A stretch of DNA of 64,000 bases from Felis catus (taxonomy: Eukaryota): contig NC_058368.1 in NCBI RefSeq assembly GCF_018350175.1, forward strand, positions 196,790,001-196,854,000, in the 5' to 3' direction. A program made the position numbers and the translations under genes. Of the stretch, positions 38,800 to 51,875 are shown in pieces (the first letter of the stretch is position 1; every line of letters starts with the position of its first letter). Below the pieces are notes generated by a model that worked only from the letters and a program-made list of their open reading frames with translations, made no database searches and had not been told where the DNA came from.

Positions 38800-39126
38800 T
38801 AAATAAAAAAAAATTTTTTTAACGTTTATTTATTATTGAGAGACAGAGAGAGAGAGACAGAGCATGAGCATGGGAGGGGCAGACACAGAATCCGAAGCAG
38901 GCTCCAGGCTCTGAGCTGTTAGCACAGAGCCCGATGTGGGGCTCAGACTCACAAACTATGAGATCATGAATGAGCCGAAGTTGGATGCTTAACCGACTGA
39001 GCCACCCAGGCACTCCAAGATTTTTTAAAAACTTTTAAGTAATCTCTACACCCAATGTGGGGCTCGAACTTATAACCCCAAGATCAAGAGTTGTATGCTC
39101 TACAGACTAAGCCAGCGAGGCGCCCC
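38800..39126 (-). mobile_element. Can-SINE (about 38800-39016) inserted in the tail of a short tRNA-SINE (about 39017-39126)
   Basis: aagatttttt is repeated on both sides of the first copy. Confidence 0.85.
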
Positions 39127-40164
39127 AAGGAACTTACTTTCTAAAGGGAGAATCAGACAACAAACTAACTAATAATAAGAGGGAATGATATAGTCTACAA
39201 TGACAGTAAGGGTGATGTAATAGTGAGTGACTGGGGTCGGGGTGGGGGAGGGTTGGAGGCTACCCAGGTGGAGTGGTCAGCAAAGGTATCACTGAGGAGC
39301 TGACCTTCCCGGCAAGAAGCTAAGCCATGGGCAGATCTGGGGGTAGAGCGGCCAGGGAAGGGAAGGGCCGGTGCAGAGACCCGAAGTCAGGAACAAGCTT
39401 CGAGTCACGAGGAATAGAAAGAGAGAAAGCCAGTGTGGCCTCATATGGTGATCAAAGGGCAGGAAGGTCTGTGATGTGGTGGGAAGGAGGCAGGGTCTTT
39501 TAGGTTAGAGCGAGGAGCTGGGGTTTTGTTCAGTGTCGAGCAGGGGCAGGACATTCTCTGCGTGTTTGGAGAGTCACTCTGACCGCTTTGTGGCCAGTGG
39601 GCTGCGGGTGACGGACGAGGGTGGGAACAGAGTGACCGTCAGGAGGCAGTGGAGGCAGGGAGTGGAGTGACAGCAGGAAGGTTGACTGGCCTCGCTGAGG
39701 GGTTGAATGTGAGGGGCTGAGGGGAAGAGAGGAAGCAGGCCGAATGCCAGGTTGGGGGCTTGAATGACTGAAGGGACGGTTGGCGCCATTTACGGAGAGG
39801 AGAAGGCTGGGGGCTTTGGGGTGGCGGTTGCCGAGTAGGTATGGGTTGCTGCCGTGCCTTGTGAGGCGGCGCAGAAGTGTGACCGTCCCTTGGGGAGCAA
39901 GTGATACAATTCTAATTCCGTATTCAATTTTGTTAAACATAACGTGGTACCTGCATATTGTAATACATGAACAAAAACACTATTGCTGCAGTAGGACTAC
40001 AGAAAGGAAAGCTGTGCCCAGAGTTTCCAGCTGGTGGCTGTGATTCTCCAGGGGGGGGGTGGGGACACATGACTCCTAAGGGACGTGCCATAGCTTAGAG
40101 TCTCTGGCCTGGGAGGTGGCCAGGGGTGTGATATAAAGGACAAGAAAATGGATGTTGAGATTTT

Positions 40165-40370
40165 TTCAATTGGGTATGTGTGGGGGGGGGGTGTGCACTG
40201 GGGATGCGTGTGTTTGTGCGGCTACAGGTGTGTGTGGGTAGGTGTGGGGGGTACGTGAGGGGTACGTGTGGGTGTGGGTGGCGAGGTGGCGGGGGGAGCG
40301 ATCCTTGTGCTTGTGTTTTTATTTTATGCATGCTCTTCTGTCCCATGGCTTTTTGGGGGTGTGGGGGGGC
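40165..40370. repeat. GT/G-rich low-complexity tract
   Basis: Repeated gtgtg and gggg runs. Confidence 0.75.
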
Positions 40371-43300
40371 AGAGTATGAAAAATAATTTGAGGTAGAAAC
40401 ATTCGGGAATTTGAACAAGTCAGGGGAAGGCACACTCGAACGCTGGCCGTATCAGCCAGGCCATCTGCCACTGGGCCCACGGCTGCTGGGGAGGCCTCTC
40501 CGGAGAGTGAAGTAATTCAAGATGGCCAACTCCAATCTCCAGAGAGTCTTGGAGGACCTGGTTGCAGTTACATTCCCAGGGGAACAACCTTTGGCCTCTG
40601 AAGATATCTACTTGTTTTCAGTTTCGAAAAGAGGCCCTGTAGTGAGGGGGTATTTTTTCAGAGTCTGAGGTGGTCGAGGGTCAGGAACACAGACGTTGGA
40701 GGAACGGTGAAGACGTAGGCAGGGTTAGCCCAGAGGCAAGGAAACTCGGGTGCAGGGTCACTGCCTGCAAAGTTTGGAAGGGATCCCGTGGAGGGGGTGG
40801 CTTACGTGCTCAAGGATCAATCATTTATTAAGCACTCGATACGGTGCATCACCAGATACAGCAGGCGCTTCCCTACCTTATCCCCTTTCGACATCCCGAC
40901 AACCCTTTGAGGCAGGACCATTTCCTGATTTGCCCACAGAGAGGAAAGTGAGGTTTTAGAGAGATGGACCAACTTGCTCGCTGAGGTCACACAGTGGGTA
41001 AGTGTCGAGCCGGGGTTTGAACTCGAGCATTTTGCAACACGAAGCCCGGGCTCCTGACTACCACCACCTCTGTGTCTTTGATCCGGTCCACTGTACCCAC
41101 CAGGTTCAACTCTGCCCTCGTACGGGGTGGGAGTGGGTGGGGGTTCCAAGCAGCTCTAGGTCCCAGGGCTCAGCATGAAGGCCCTTGTGCTGGAACCTCC
41201 TAACCTGGTGCCCAGCTCTCAATTCTGCCTCCTGCCAGGATCTCTGTGTCCTTATTGAGCCTGATCCCCGGGTCCTCAGGGCCTGGGACTTGAACTTCAA
41301 CCCAAAGAGTGGGCCCCTACTGCTCACTCTCTGACCTGGCCTCGATCTCTTCCTTCCTGGACACTAGGAGAGAGCTGTCCTCAAGTGCCCCACGGGGGCT
41401 CTGACCGCCTGCTGGACACCTGCCACCTCCCCCACGTCCCTAGGGAGTGTGCCCTCCCAAGCTCACAACTCCTTCACCTGACCCAACCCCCTTCCTTGCC
41501 CTGGCCGCTGGATCTGTGCTCCCAGCCTTGGCTGTGTCCCAGGGGAGAGGCCCGGGGCTCAATCCTAACTAGGACACCGGCATGGCTCGTGAAATGCTTG
41601 CAGAATGAGTTCCACAGTGCTGGGCTGCTGGTGAGATTTGTGTTTGTGTTTGTATTTGTTTGTTTGTTTGTTTGTTTTTTAGCCTGCAGCCCTTGAGAGC
41701 TTGCTATGTGCCAGGTACTGAATTAATCATGTCAAGTGGATTCCCTCATGTCACCCTCAAGCAGCCCCGTGAGCTGTGACAAGACGCTGTGGTGATCACT
41801 GTGAATACACTGGTCCTTCCCCAGGTCAGAGGCTCTGCTGATACGCCCAGAAACCCCGAGACCCCAGAATCAAGACAAGCAGCCTCCTCCTTGGCCAGAA
41901 GCCCCACCTCCACTCCCTATCTCCCTGACCTGGGGCTCACTGCCCCTCCTGAGCTAGGACCAGACTCCAGGCACTATGGCTGGAAGGAAGTGACCCCGTC
42001 CTCCTGCCCACAGCCTGGCTTTGTTCTCATACAGCTGCCTTTGGGCCTCTGCCTGCTTAGAGCCCTGCAGGCACAGCCTCAGCTGGCCAAGACTAGGGGC
42101 CGCTCAGATTCTCACAGCCACTGACCCCGGGGTGTGACCCACTCAGCTGCTATCTGCTGCTGAAGACACTTCCAAGAGCTCCAGTTGGGAGGGCTGGACA
42201 GTCCCCTGCCCCAGGGAAGGTGCAGCAGACCTGGCGATGGTCCCAATCTCCCCTGAGGGTTGGGCAGCCTCACGCAGGGGCACCTGGGAGCCCCATATTT
42301 CCACTGCCCGGTCTCTCCCTGCACCCCTAGCTACTGAGCAACCTATCAGTCACTGTCTGGTCGGAAAGAGAACCACCCGATGCATTTTGAACAGAAAAAC
42401 TTAATACAGGGAGGAGGTTACGCAGAGGATAGAAGATCCAAGGAGCACCCCAGAGGTTAACAACAGCAAAAAAGACACTCCAGTCCTTTGGCTGGAGGGA
42501 CGCAGGGAAGAGGCAGTGTTATTAGTGTCCAGTGTTGGAAGCTACTGACAGAAACGGGGAAGCATAGCCAGGTCTATTCAACGAGACTTGAGGCCACGGG
42601 GAGAGAGGGGCTGTCCCTTAGGGGCTGGAACCATGGAGAAGACCAGCCACAAGGAGCGATGGAGAGAGAGAGGGAGAAATACCTTGGGTTCTCCCCACCT
42701 CGCCCCTGCCAGGAAAGCAGAGGGCGGGAGGCCTGGGAAATGTAGTTCCCCGCAGCACAGAGCAGAGCAGGGCCGAGGATGAAGGCGAGGGCGAGCAAGC
42801 CGACAGCCAACCTCTGGAGGTGCGAGCTGCCCAGAGGGGATGGCTGCGGCCCCAACACTCGCTCCGGCTTAAACTTCCCGCGGCCCAGGGCTGTCCCGAA
42901 TCTGGGGCTACTGTTTAGAGCCCCCTTTCCGCTCCCAGGCTCCAAGGATGCCCCGTCCCCTGAGGACAGATGGATGGGCCCAAGACGGGGAACCCAGAAC
43001 CACCTGAGATGTGCTAGAAGCACGGGGGCCGCCTGGGGCCTCGGTAGGGACCGGACAGCAGCAGCAGCCGGTGCTCCTGAGCCCAGCCAGAAGTCAGAGC
43101 CCGGGAGGACAAACCTTTGCTCCCTCATCTGCTACGGGAGCCCCAGCAAGCTCTGGTTCCAGGGAATACGCCGAGAAGACGCCCCCGGGTGCAGAAGGCC
43201 CCAAGCCTGTGACCGGAGTTGCTGCTCCGGCAGAATCAGGATGCTGATTGCTGCCTGGGTGCCTGGCCCACTTGTCCGGGCGCAGGACAGCAGAAAGGAT

Positions 43301-43725
43301 ATCGTTGGAGAGAAGCAGCAGAATCCGGGCCACTGGTGCCCTCGAGCGTGGCCCTGGACAGGAAACCTGCCCACCCTGGCCACACCACAGAGGGCAGAAG
43401 AGGGAAGATTCCAGGGATGCCTTTGGGGCGTGACGGCAGCCTCTGAGGGAAGGGCTGTGCCCAACTACAGCCAGGCTCTCAGGAGCCAGGATCAGGGGCT
43501 TCCTCCCCGTAGGGAAGTAGCAGGCCTCATCACCCTCCCACGTACAAGGAGAAAGACAGGCCCTATGAACCTGTCCCCCCATGTCATGCCGTCTCTGCTG
43601 AGGTCCCCATAATGATGATAACTGTGTTTGTTGAGCACTAATGTGCTGGGTGCCCAGCAGTAATGTGCTGGGTGCTGGGTGTTATAGCAGTATCTCATTT
43701 AATCCTTAAAAGAATATTGCGGGAG

Positions 43726-43940
43726 GGGTGCCTGGCCGGCTCAGTCGGTTAAGCATCTGACGCTCGGTTTTCACTCAGGTCATGATTTCACGGTTTCGTG
43801 ATTCCAAGCCCCGAGCTGGGCTCTTCGCTGGCAGCGTGGGGCCTGCTTGGGGTTCTCGGTCTCCCTCTCTCTCTCTCTCTGCCCCTCTCCCAGTGGCACT
43901 GTCTTTCTCTCTCTCCCTCCAATAAATAAATAAACTTAAA
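43726..43940 (+). mobile_element. Can-SINE, older copy
   Basis: Head, CT linker and (AAAT)n tail. Confidence 0.88.
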
Positions 43941-44495
43941 AGAAATCTGTGGGATAGGGACCGTGGAGATCCTCATGGGTGGGTCAGAAAATATGGGACA
44001 CCATCTAGTAAGTTCGAAGATGGCAATAGTAACAGGAGTATGAAAGGAATCAGCACTCCCAGAGATCCAAGGAAGGGGGATTAATGTCTGGGTAAAGTGG
44101 GGACACAAGAAGGCACTTCAGAGGAACTATAAGGAAATGACGCTCATTCTCCAGAGGAGACTCTCCACCCACACTCAGGCAGAGGATGCAAAGCGGGGCT
44201 TGTTGTGGCCCATACAATCTCCACACAGATTTCACACACAAAAAATAAAAACAGACGCAACCCTGGTTTCTGGCTTCTCTTGAAAAATCAGAACGTCTGG
44301 CATCGCTGGGCCCTCATTCTGTGGAACACTGGTTGCAGCCGAGAAGCTGCCAGCAAATCTGGACCGTGGGGGAGTGCTCTGGTCCAACACAGTCCCCACC
44401 ACTCCCTAAGCTCTCACCTGGTCCTTCCTCTCAACTGCGCCATCTGCCCAGCCCGAGGGCATTTCGGGAGGACCCGCGGCGGACGGGTAGAGCCC

Positions 44496-44514
44496 TGCTG
44501 CCACCTGGTGGCCA
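44496..44514 (-). promoter_or_regulatory. CTCF core motif
   Basis: The minus strand reads TGGCCACCAGGTGGCAGCA, close to the consensus. Confidence 0.6.
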
Positions 44515-44692
44515 GAGCTCACCATTTCCTTCAGGACACAGCAGGGAGGCTCCTGGATGTGTGACCCATGAGCCGTCACACTGTTCCATTTACTACTCCC
44601 ACCCACCACCCTGTGAGACCAGGAGTTGTGCCCATGTTACAGATGAGAAGACAGAAAAGACAAGTTCAGAAGTTACGATAAGAACACATGAC

Positions 44693-44900
44693 GGGCGCCT
44701 GGCCGGCTCAGTCGGTTGAGCGTCCAACTTCCGCTCAGGTCATGATCTCACGGTTTGTGGGTTCAAGTCCCATGTCAGGCTTTGCGTTGACAGCGTGGAG
44801 CCCGCTTCGGATTCTGTCTCCTCTGCGCCTCCCCCACTCTCTCTCTCTCTCTCAAAAATAAATGTTTAAAAATTAAAAAACAAACAAACAAACAAAAAAC
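44693..44900 (+). mobile_element. Can-SINE
   Basis: Head, shortened linker and an A/(AAAC)n tail. Confidence 0.88.
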
Positions 44901-46313
44901 AGACAAGCAAGGTGAGATGAATGGACTGTTCGGGTTACCTGCTCTTCCTGATTGATGTTGCCAAAGTGGAATCCAGTTTTTTCCGTAACCCCCGTCCAGG
45001 GTACTTTAGGCTCTGCCCTGTCATAACAGGCCCTGCAGTGACCTCCATGCTGGAAGCTAGGTCCCGGTGGAGGGAGCCAGGGACTCCTTGGGATAAACCA
45101 GGACTCAACAATGAGTACTTTGGGGGCTGAGTGGAGAGGACAGGGCAGGCTGGGGGGCCTCACCAAATTTCTTCACATGCAGAAACCATGATAAGTGCAC
45201 TTGCTACTTGCCTGTGGTCAAGGAGACCTTGAACTCAGGAGTCCTGAGGCCGAGCAAAAGGGAAAGAGAGGCCTTCTCAGGCCCAGGAGCTTTTCACACC
45301 ACCACGCTAGCTCCCCAGGCCTGAGTGGGTCTCTCTTTCCCTCTCGCGTCCCCCAATCCCACTTATCCCACAGAACCCGGCCCCTGCCCTGCATCCTCCA
45401 GGAAGCCTCCCTGAGCACCTCAGCTCCCCACTCCCCCAGAACTCCCTCCTATCTGAGCACCTGCAAGCCTGGTCCATAGGACCCCTCTGGGGCTGACGGC
45501 ATCCTGCCCTGTCCTGCCTCTCCAGCTGGCCGGGAGATCGAGTCCCTGGAGGCAGGGCCTCCCAGCCCCTCTGGGATGTTTATGTAAGCAGTACGCACGG
45601 AAAATCTATTACTTGAGCAGTGTGACAGGACCTTGGGGAAATTCCAGAATGCACTAGAGCTTGTATCCTTAAATACAACCCTGGGTATGTCACTCCTCTA
45701 CTTCAATCCCTTCGGTGGCTCCCCATTGCCGTCAGAACACAACCCAGAGCTCGTTCTCACGCTGCCCTCTCTCAGCCGTCTCCCACGACACCTACCATGC
45801 CTCCACACACGCTGTGTCCTAGCTCTACAGCCTTTCAGGTCCCCGATGAAACATGCTCATGCTTGCTCCTGGGCCTTGGCATGTGCCCTCCCTCCCACCT
45901 TCACCCAAGTTACCCATCAAGCCTCAGCTCGGACAGCGCCTCTTTCAGGAAGCCTTCCTGAGCTGCCAAGTCTCAGGGGTGACCCCTCTGCTGGCACTTG
46001 CTACTGCCCCACCCGAACGCTTACACTGCACGGTAACTGACTACTGATTTGTCTGTCTCCTTCCCCAGACCGTGGGCTTCGGGAGGACAGGGCCCCCATC
46101 CGTCTGACTCCTCGCCGGATCCCAGCAGCTGAGGCCAACTCCTGGAGGCACCGAGGGGTGGGTGTTAGACACTCATTAAACGAACCCAGGAGCAGATGAG
46201 GCGCCATTTTTATGAACAGCAGGTATCCAGTGAGCACAGGTCACACTGTGGCATCCGACTATCCAATGGGTAGAGTCCCACAAACCCCAGAGACATTTTC
46301 ATCGGTGAAGTCC

Positions 46314-46319
46314 TTTATT
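46314..46319 (-). terminator. Distal polyadenylation signal AATAAA
   Basis: Plus-strand tttatt. On the minus strand it is followed about 20 nt later by GU-rich tgtctctggggtttgtggg. Confidence 0.6.
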
Positions 46320-47024
46320 CTCAGCAGGTCACATCATTGATTCACCAAGCTAGACCTCCATATCGTACGCGAGAATTCATTCATCTTCCCTTGACATTGT
46401 AATCTTATCCTCATGCTCAAAACTGGGTTTGGGCCCAAAAGGTTAAGGAGGATCCACTCTGTCGCAGGGAGCGAGGGCTACCCTCGTGAATCAGTCTTGT
46501 TTGGTTCACAGGCAAGTAACCTTAGCAAGTTTAATAGGTGAGAGCCCACCATGAAATAAGTAAGACACAGTGTAATGGATCTAGGCATTTGGGGGGGAAA
46601 AGGCACATTACCCAGAGTCCCCTGGAGAAAGTTCAGGCCGTTCTCTCTCTCTCGACATGCAATTTCTTACCTGTCAGTGACTTTTAATCTCATCCTCTTA
46701 TCTACAAGACACCACAACCCATGTGCTACTGAACACATTTTCATTTTCCCCTCGCGAGATAGATTTGGTTCCAAGTGTATTTCAGGTTTCTTCCTTACGC
46801 CTTCAAGAACACCCACTTTTGTTCAGGTCCCTGTTAATGGCACTTAATAAATATACATTCTGGGACCCGACAGAACAGGCTGTCCTATTTCAAGCCACCT
46901 CTACAGCCGCCCATTCCAAACATCTGAGCTAGGACAAAGCTCCGATGGGGTACATCCTAGCTTATAGCCTGTGGCCATTTCTGACTGCACACCCCTCTCG
47001 TCCACCCCTGAGTGTCTCGTCCAG

Positions 47025-47190
47025 CCCCGATGGCACACCAGAAGCACCTCGGGAGCTTTCTGAGTTCCTGAGGCCCTGGCCACACCCCAGATGAATTCCA
47101 TTAGAATCTCTGGGTGAGATCCTGGCATCAGTCACAGCTGAAAGTCGCCCAGGGACCACAGCAAGTAGCCAAGTTGAGAAGCTCTGAGCT
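47025..47190. mobile_element. MER5-like element within the putative 3' UTR
   Basis: agaagcacctcgggagcttt...ccacaccccaga...agaatctctggg...gccaagttgagaa. Confidence 0.55.
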
Positions 47191-47248
47191 AGGATTCCAG
47201 CCCACGGCAGATTCTCGGCAGTGAGGAACACACAAATGCATTTTCTAT

Positions 47249-47254
47249 TTTATT
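47249..47254 (-). terminator. Possible proximal polyadenylation signal AATAAA
   Basis: Plus-strand tttatt, followed on the minus strand by ...gcatttgtgtgtt (CA then U/GU-rich). Confidence 0.35.
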
Positions 47255-49026
47255 ATCTGCTCCCCTAGGCTTCCTGTTGGTACTAGAAACCTGAGCAGGA
47301 AAGAGAAAGGAAAATGAGCCGAGAGCATCTTACAGAGTGAATTTCGTGCTGGGAAAGGGCCAGCGGGGACTGAGTTTCTCTTGCATTATGCATCTTCTGC
47401 TTTCACAAGCCGAGGAGTGAGGTGCAGACTCTCACACAGGCATGCATATTTCTCAAATGCCCTCCCCAAACCAGAGCTAACGGCGTTAGGCCCTACAGTT
47501 ATAATAACATTGGAGATGTTCTTGGAACTAAGCCAAAACTGCCACCAGTTTTTACACACACTCTAACTTGGGTTCGTTCCAAAATTGATCATTTGCATTA
47601 AAGATCACGCTGGACCGTCCCCTTCTTTGGACCTTGAGATTTATCTTAGCCAAAGTGACAACCCAGAGATGATGATTCAACAGTGGCTGCACCCCAAATT
47701 GCCCCAGTGGGCCAGTCTTCCTTGAACAGGAACTGTTTTTCAATTTCCAGGTTCGAGAAAGGGTTGACAACGGGTTTGATCTCACCAAGTTCAAGAGACT
47801 GGCTGCCTAGAATGCAGTGTTGAGAAGGATCCTGAAGTAGACCCTGGGTTTATGGGAAAGGCCGCCACATTGATTGACAATGTCTGGCCTGGGGCCCGGG
47901 GAATGGGGAGCGGAACGCTCCTGGCTGCAGCTGGGTCAGGTGATGCTGGGCACATCCTGCTACCGAAGGCAATTTACATTTATACCACACTTCGCAATTT
48001 ACAAGCAGCTTCCCAACCTTAGCCTCAGCTCATTCTCACCACAACCCTGTGAGTTGGATCTTTGTGGCGGGGAGGGAAAAACAGGTTGTGTCCTGTGTCT
48101 AAGGCTCCACGGCCAACTGACTTCACATTCACTGCTGCCTCCAGGCCCTGAAACCACCGGGGATTCCCCCTGGCTCCCAACTTCCAGAAACTGGAAACCA
48201 AGCCATGCCTAAGCTCCCCCACCCACCAGGCTTTTGACCACTTGCTGCATAGAGTTGCCTCTGCCATTTGCATAGCCTTTCGCTCCCTAATCCAGCGAAC
48301 AGAACACAACGGCAGTGTGCAACAGCCTCACAGGCCCCACCTAAAACGCGTTCAAAGTCCCTCCCTTCCCCGGAACAGTCTCTCAATTTGCCTAAACACA
48401 TTCCAGAACTGTGACGTGGCCATGCCCATTCCCAGGCCGGGCCAACGGTCTCCTGAGAACCTTTCCACGGGCCCCACACGGCCTGGCTTCCCTGCTCAAG
48501 AGGGCTCCCAGGGGTTCGATGCCCAGGATAGTTCAGCTCCCAGCGTGGAGAAATAAAAGACGACCAGTCGGCTGTGGTGTCTCCTGATGCCACATGAAGG
48601 AAGCGAACCATCAGGGCAGGTAGTCCTGGACCTCTCCAGTGTGTCCCCGTAACCCCATCGCACGCAGGTACCCTTCACCTGGGTGACCCACTCCCATGGG
48701 CAGGGCTGGATGAAAGCACAGGTAAGATTGGCCATAAGCTACAGCAAGTCCTTATCAATCTGACCTGCCATCCAGGCTGTTGTGACTTCAGATGGGAACC
48801 ACCTTCTTTGCAGGCATAACAGTGGTTCTGCCTGGAGCCTTCCAAGCTCACCCAAGCCAAGCCGGGTACTCTGCAAGGTCCACCCACCTCTTCTGGCTGC
48901 CCTTCACCCAACCTTGGCCTGATCCCCCCCTTCCAGCCCCGCCTTCTCTTGGCTTCTGTTCCTTCGCAGGATCACGGCTTCTAAGCCTCCCCATCCCTTG
49001 GCAACACGGGCTCCAAGGAGGGCACC

Positions 49027-49236
49027 CTAAGAGGGCAGACTCCAGCCCCACGGAGCTGGGCTTGGGGCCCTGGCCAGGAAGCTGGAAGGCACATATCCCC
49101 TCTGCCCGTTCACTTCCACGAGGCTCCATTCTGGGTTCCCCTTCTTGTCCTGGGCCTCCAGGACAGTCACCAGCTGGCCTGCCTGCAGACTCACTTCATG
49201 GCTGCTTCTGGCCACGAAGGGGTACACTGCCACCAC
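49027..49236 (-). CDS. ARHGEF37: ARHGEF37 terminal coding exon, second SH3 domain: [20 protein letters not shown]...[19 protein letters not shown]...WGWSLPS*
   Basis: Acceptor tttcag at 49237-49238; 69 codons then TAG at 49027-49029. Clear SH3 signature (A-YPF, EVSL, W, GYVP). Confidence 0.95.
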   Translation of the reverse strand: MVAVYPFVARSSHEVSLQAGQLVTVLEAQDKKGNPEWSLVEVNGQRGYVPSSFLARAPSPAPWGWSLPS

Positions 49237-50619
49237 CTGAAACACATGGAAAGTGACACAGAAATGGTCGGGGGGGGGGCTGGGGGGAGGGGAGGAGACA
49301 GACAGACTCCACCCAGAGAGGCTGTTGGTCCTGCTCCCTCCCACCCGACTCAGTCCCCACTGCTGGGCTGTCACCACCTCCCAAGGACATCCTGTATGCT
49401 ACAGATGAAGGCTACCTCTGCTACTTCCGCCACCAATACCCACTATGTGGCAGGTTCCGTCCCAGCACTTTACCTCGTGTTGATGCTCACAATTATATAA
49501 TCCCAGTTGGCCCATTTTTCAGATACGGAAGTTGAGACTCCGAGGGGTCAAACAACTTATTCAGAGATCACATGGCAATGAAGCCAGGCCTGTCTGGCCT
49601 CAGCCCACTGCTGCCATCTCACTGACTAGAAGGCATGGCCTTCTCTGCCTCATCACCTCCCCCCCACCCCGCCCTGTCTAAAGGTGTCATCTGCTCAGGC
49701 CCATTTCCCAGCTTGGAGTACAGAAAAGAGGTTGGGTGACTTGGTCATGTTTTCGGGAAAAGCACTGAGCTGGAGGAAAAATTGGAGGGAAGGGCATTTA
49801 TCAGGCTAATATTTCACCTCCCTGGCCTCAGTTTCATCATCTGCAAAATGGACGTGATATTATCCTCCCCCCCAGGTGACTGTGGGAATTTAATGAATGA
49901 TGAAGGCCCGTGCCTGGTACACAGTAAGGGCTCAGTAAATGCAGGCTGCTCTGATTATTTTTACCGTTCCTACTGTTATTGTGGCCAAGCCTCAGGAACA
50001 ATCAGGAGCAAGGGAAGACTGGGAGGACCCCACATGTGTGGACCCATGAACAGGGAGGCAGCTGATGTGTCTGGGAAGATAGACCCAGAGACACTGCCCA
50101 CCCTGGGTGGAGCAGGGACTCAACTGGGGGGCCAGGCCCTCTCGTGAGATCCTCGTGGGTCCTTTGCTGATAGGTGGGAACGTCCTGCAGGAGGCAGGCT
50201 TGATGCACTAACTGTGGCTGGTGCTCCAGGCACTGGCCCTTGGAGCCTTCCCAGGGACGCGCCACAAGCCGCAAACGTCAGATTCCACAGGCTTCCATGC
50301 AGCCCCCACGCGGCCCACTTCAGGCTCGTCTCTGGCCTGAGACACCCCCTGGCTATTCACTGCAAGCCTCTGGGTTCCCACCCCTTGTCCCCCCAGGCCC
50401 TTTCTGCTGCTCAACTGTCACCTGTGAAGCTCCTCCTTTCTAACTGGGAGCGTGGCCTCCCTTTACTGAGGTTCACATATGCCCGCCCGGCTTTCCTATC
50501 CCATCCAGCCCTCACGGCGACCGCACTGAGCTGCTCTCCCTCCAGAACTCTGTCCCAGCAAAGTCAAACCCTTCCGTGGCTTCCCATCACTGCCTTGTGT
50601 TTTGAGAGTCAAGTCAAAT

Positions 50620-51045
50620 ACCGTGACAGTCATCTTTCTAAAGCGTACAATGCAATCGTTTTTAATACGTTCAGAGGCTGAGCAACCCTCACTACTGATT
50701 CCAGAACATTTTCATCACCTCAGAAAGAAACCCCATACCAGACAGCAGCACGTCCCATCCCCCAACCGCAGCCCCTGCCAGCCACTGACCCACTTTGTGT
50801 CACTGCATTTGCCGGTTCTGGCCTCTGGACTTTTCATATAAGCGGAATCACACAGCACGTGGCCTCTCGTATCACACTGAATGTGGTGGCAGGTATTGGC
50901 ACCTCCTTTTTTATGGCTGAGTAATAATTAACTGGACGGATATGCCATATTGTGTTTACCCATTCATCTACTGGTGGACATCTCACTTGTTTCTGATTTT
51001 TGGCAGTTATGGATAGTGCTGCAGTGAACGTGCATGTACGTTTCC
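50620..51045 (-). mobile_element. Old L1 3' fragment in the last ARHGEF37 intron
   Basis: ttccagaacattttcatcacc, ggaatcacacag, tttacccattcatc, gctgcagtgaac. Confidence 0.7.
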
Positions 51046-51717
51046 CATTGCTTTTAAGTAAGGGCTGACACCCTCACCGAGACCACCAGGCCCTGCTGGC
51101 CTGGCCCTGCCCACCTCGCTAGCAGCGCCTCACCCCTGCCCCCCTCTTCCCGGACCACACCTGCTTTAGTCAGTTCCTCCAGACGAGCCCCTGTCTGGGC
51201 CTCTGCATTCCCGGAGCACGCTTTCTGGGGAGCTCTTCCCCTCCACATCCCAGCACACCCCCTTCAGCCAATCAGTCCCCGCTCAGCCTTCAAATCTGAG
51301 AAAAAGCCATCATTTTTCTGAGAAAAGCCTTTCCTGAACCTCTCCCACACCTGGGGCCCTGGCATGTATCACTGCTCTAACTTTACAATTATCCACATGA
51401 TTATTTCATTACTTGCTCAGATTATAAATCTGAGGAAGGCAAGGGCCAGGATTTACTTGTGCTCATCATTAGGTCTGTCCTCTAGCACACTGCCTGGCAA
51501 ATATTGAATGAGTGAACGAACGAACGAATGAATGAATCCCACTTGTCCTGCTGATAGGGAGCAAGGGGTTGCTGATGCGGCAGGGATGGGGGTTTCCTTC
51601 TTCCAGGTCCACTCCTGACCAGGGCACCGGTGTGGCCACTGACCAAGGCCCTGGCCTCATGGGACGGTGGCCTCTTGGAACAGGAGGAAAATGAAAGCCC
51701 CCCTCTCCCAGACTCAC

Positions 51718-51875
51718 CTGGGTCACTGTTGGGACGGAGGGGACTGGGGCTGGGCTGGGCTCTGGTGTTAGATGATGGGAGTCCTTGGGAGGCTGCACTT
51801 GCTCTTTGACCTCCCCCTGACCGGGGATGACACGGTACAGCTCCAGCTTCCCAGCTGGCACGTACCCTCGATGCC
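51718..51875 (-). CDS. ARHGEF37: ARHGEF37 coding exon, end of first SH3 plus linker: (G)HRGYVPAGKLELY...VPTVTQ
   Basis: Acceptor ctgtag and donor gtgagt; 158 nt = 2 nt + 52 codons. Contains the SH3 GYVP motif. Confidence 0.93.

Larger units (their letters stand above)
46290..49026 (-). other. ARHGEF37: Probable ARHGEF37 3' UTR (about 2.7 kb)
   Basis: Follows the stop codon, carries no recognisable SINE copy, and ends at a minus-strand AATAAA with a downstream GU-rich element. The end point is inferred. Confidence 0.6.

Noticed and set aside
42779..43612. Longest ORF in the track (277 aa, plus strand), in a moderately CpG-rich segment
   Set aside because: Pro/Arg/Gly-rich composition, overlapping ORFs in several frames and no recognisable domain; typical of GC-rich non-coding DNA.
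43639..43680. Duplicated taatgtgctgggtgc
   Set aside because: A small slippage duplication inside an old repeat fragment, with no sign of function.
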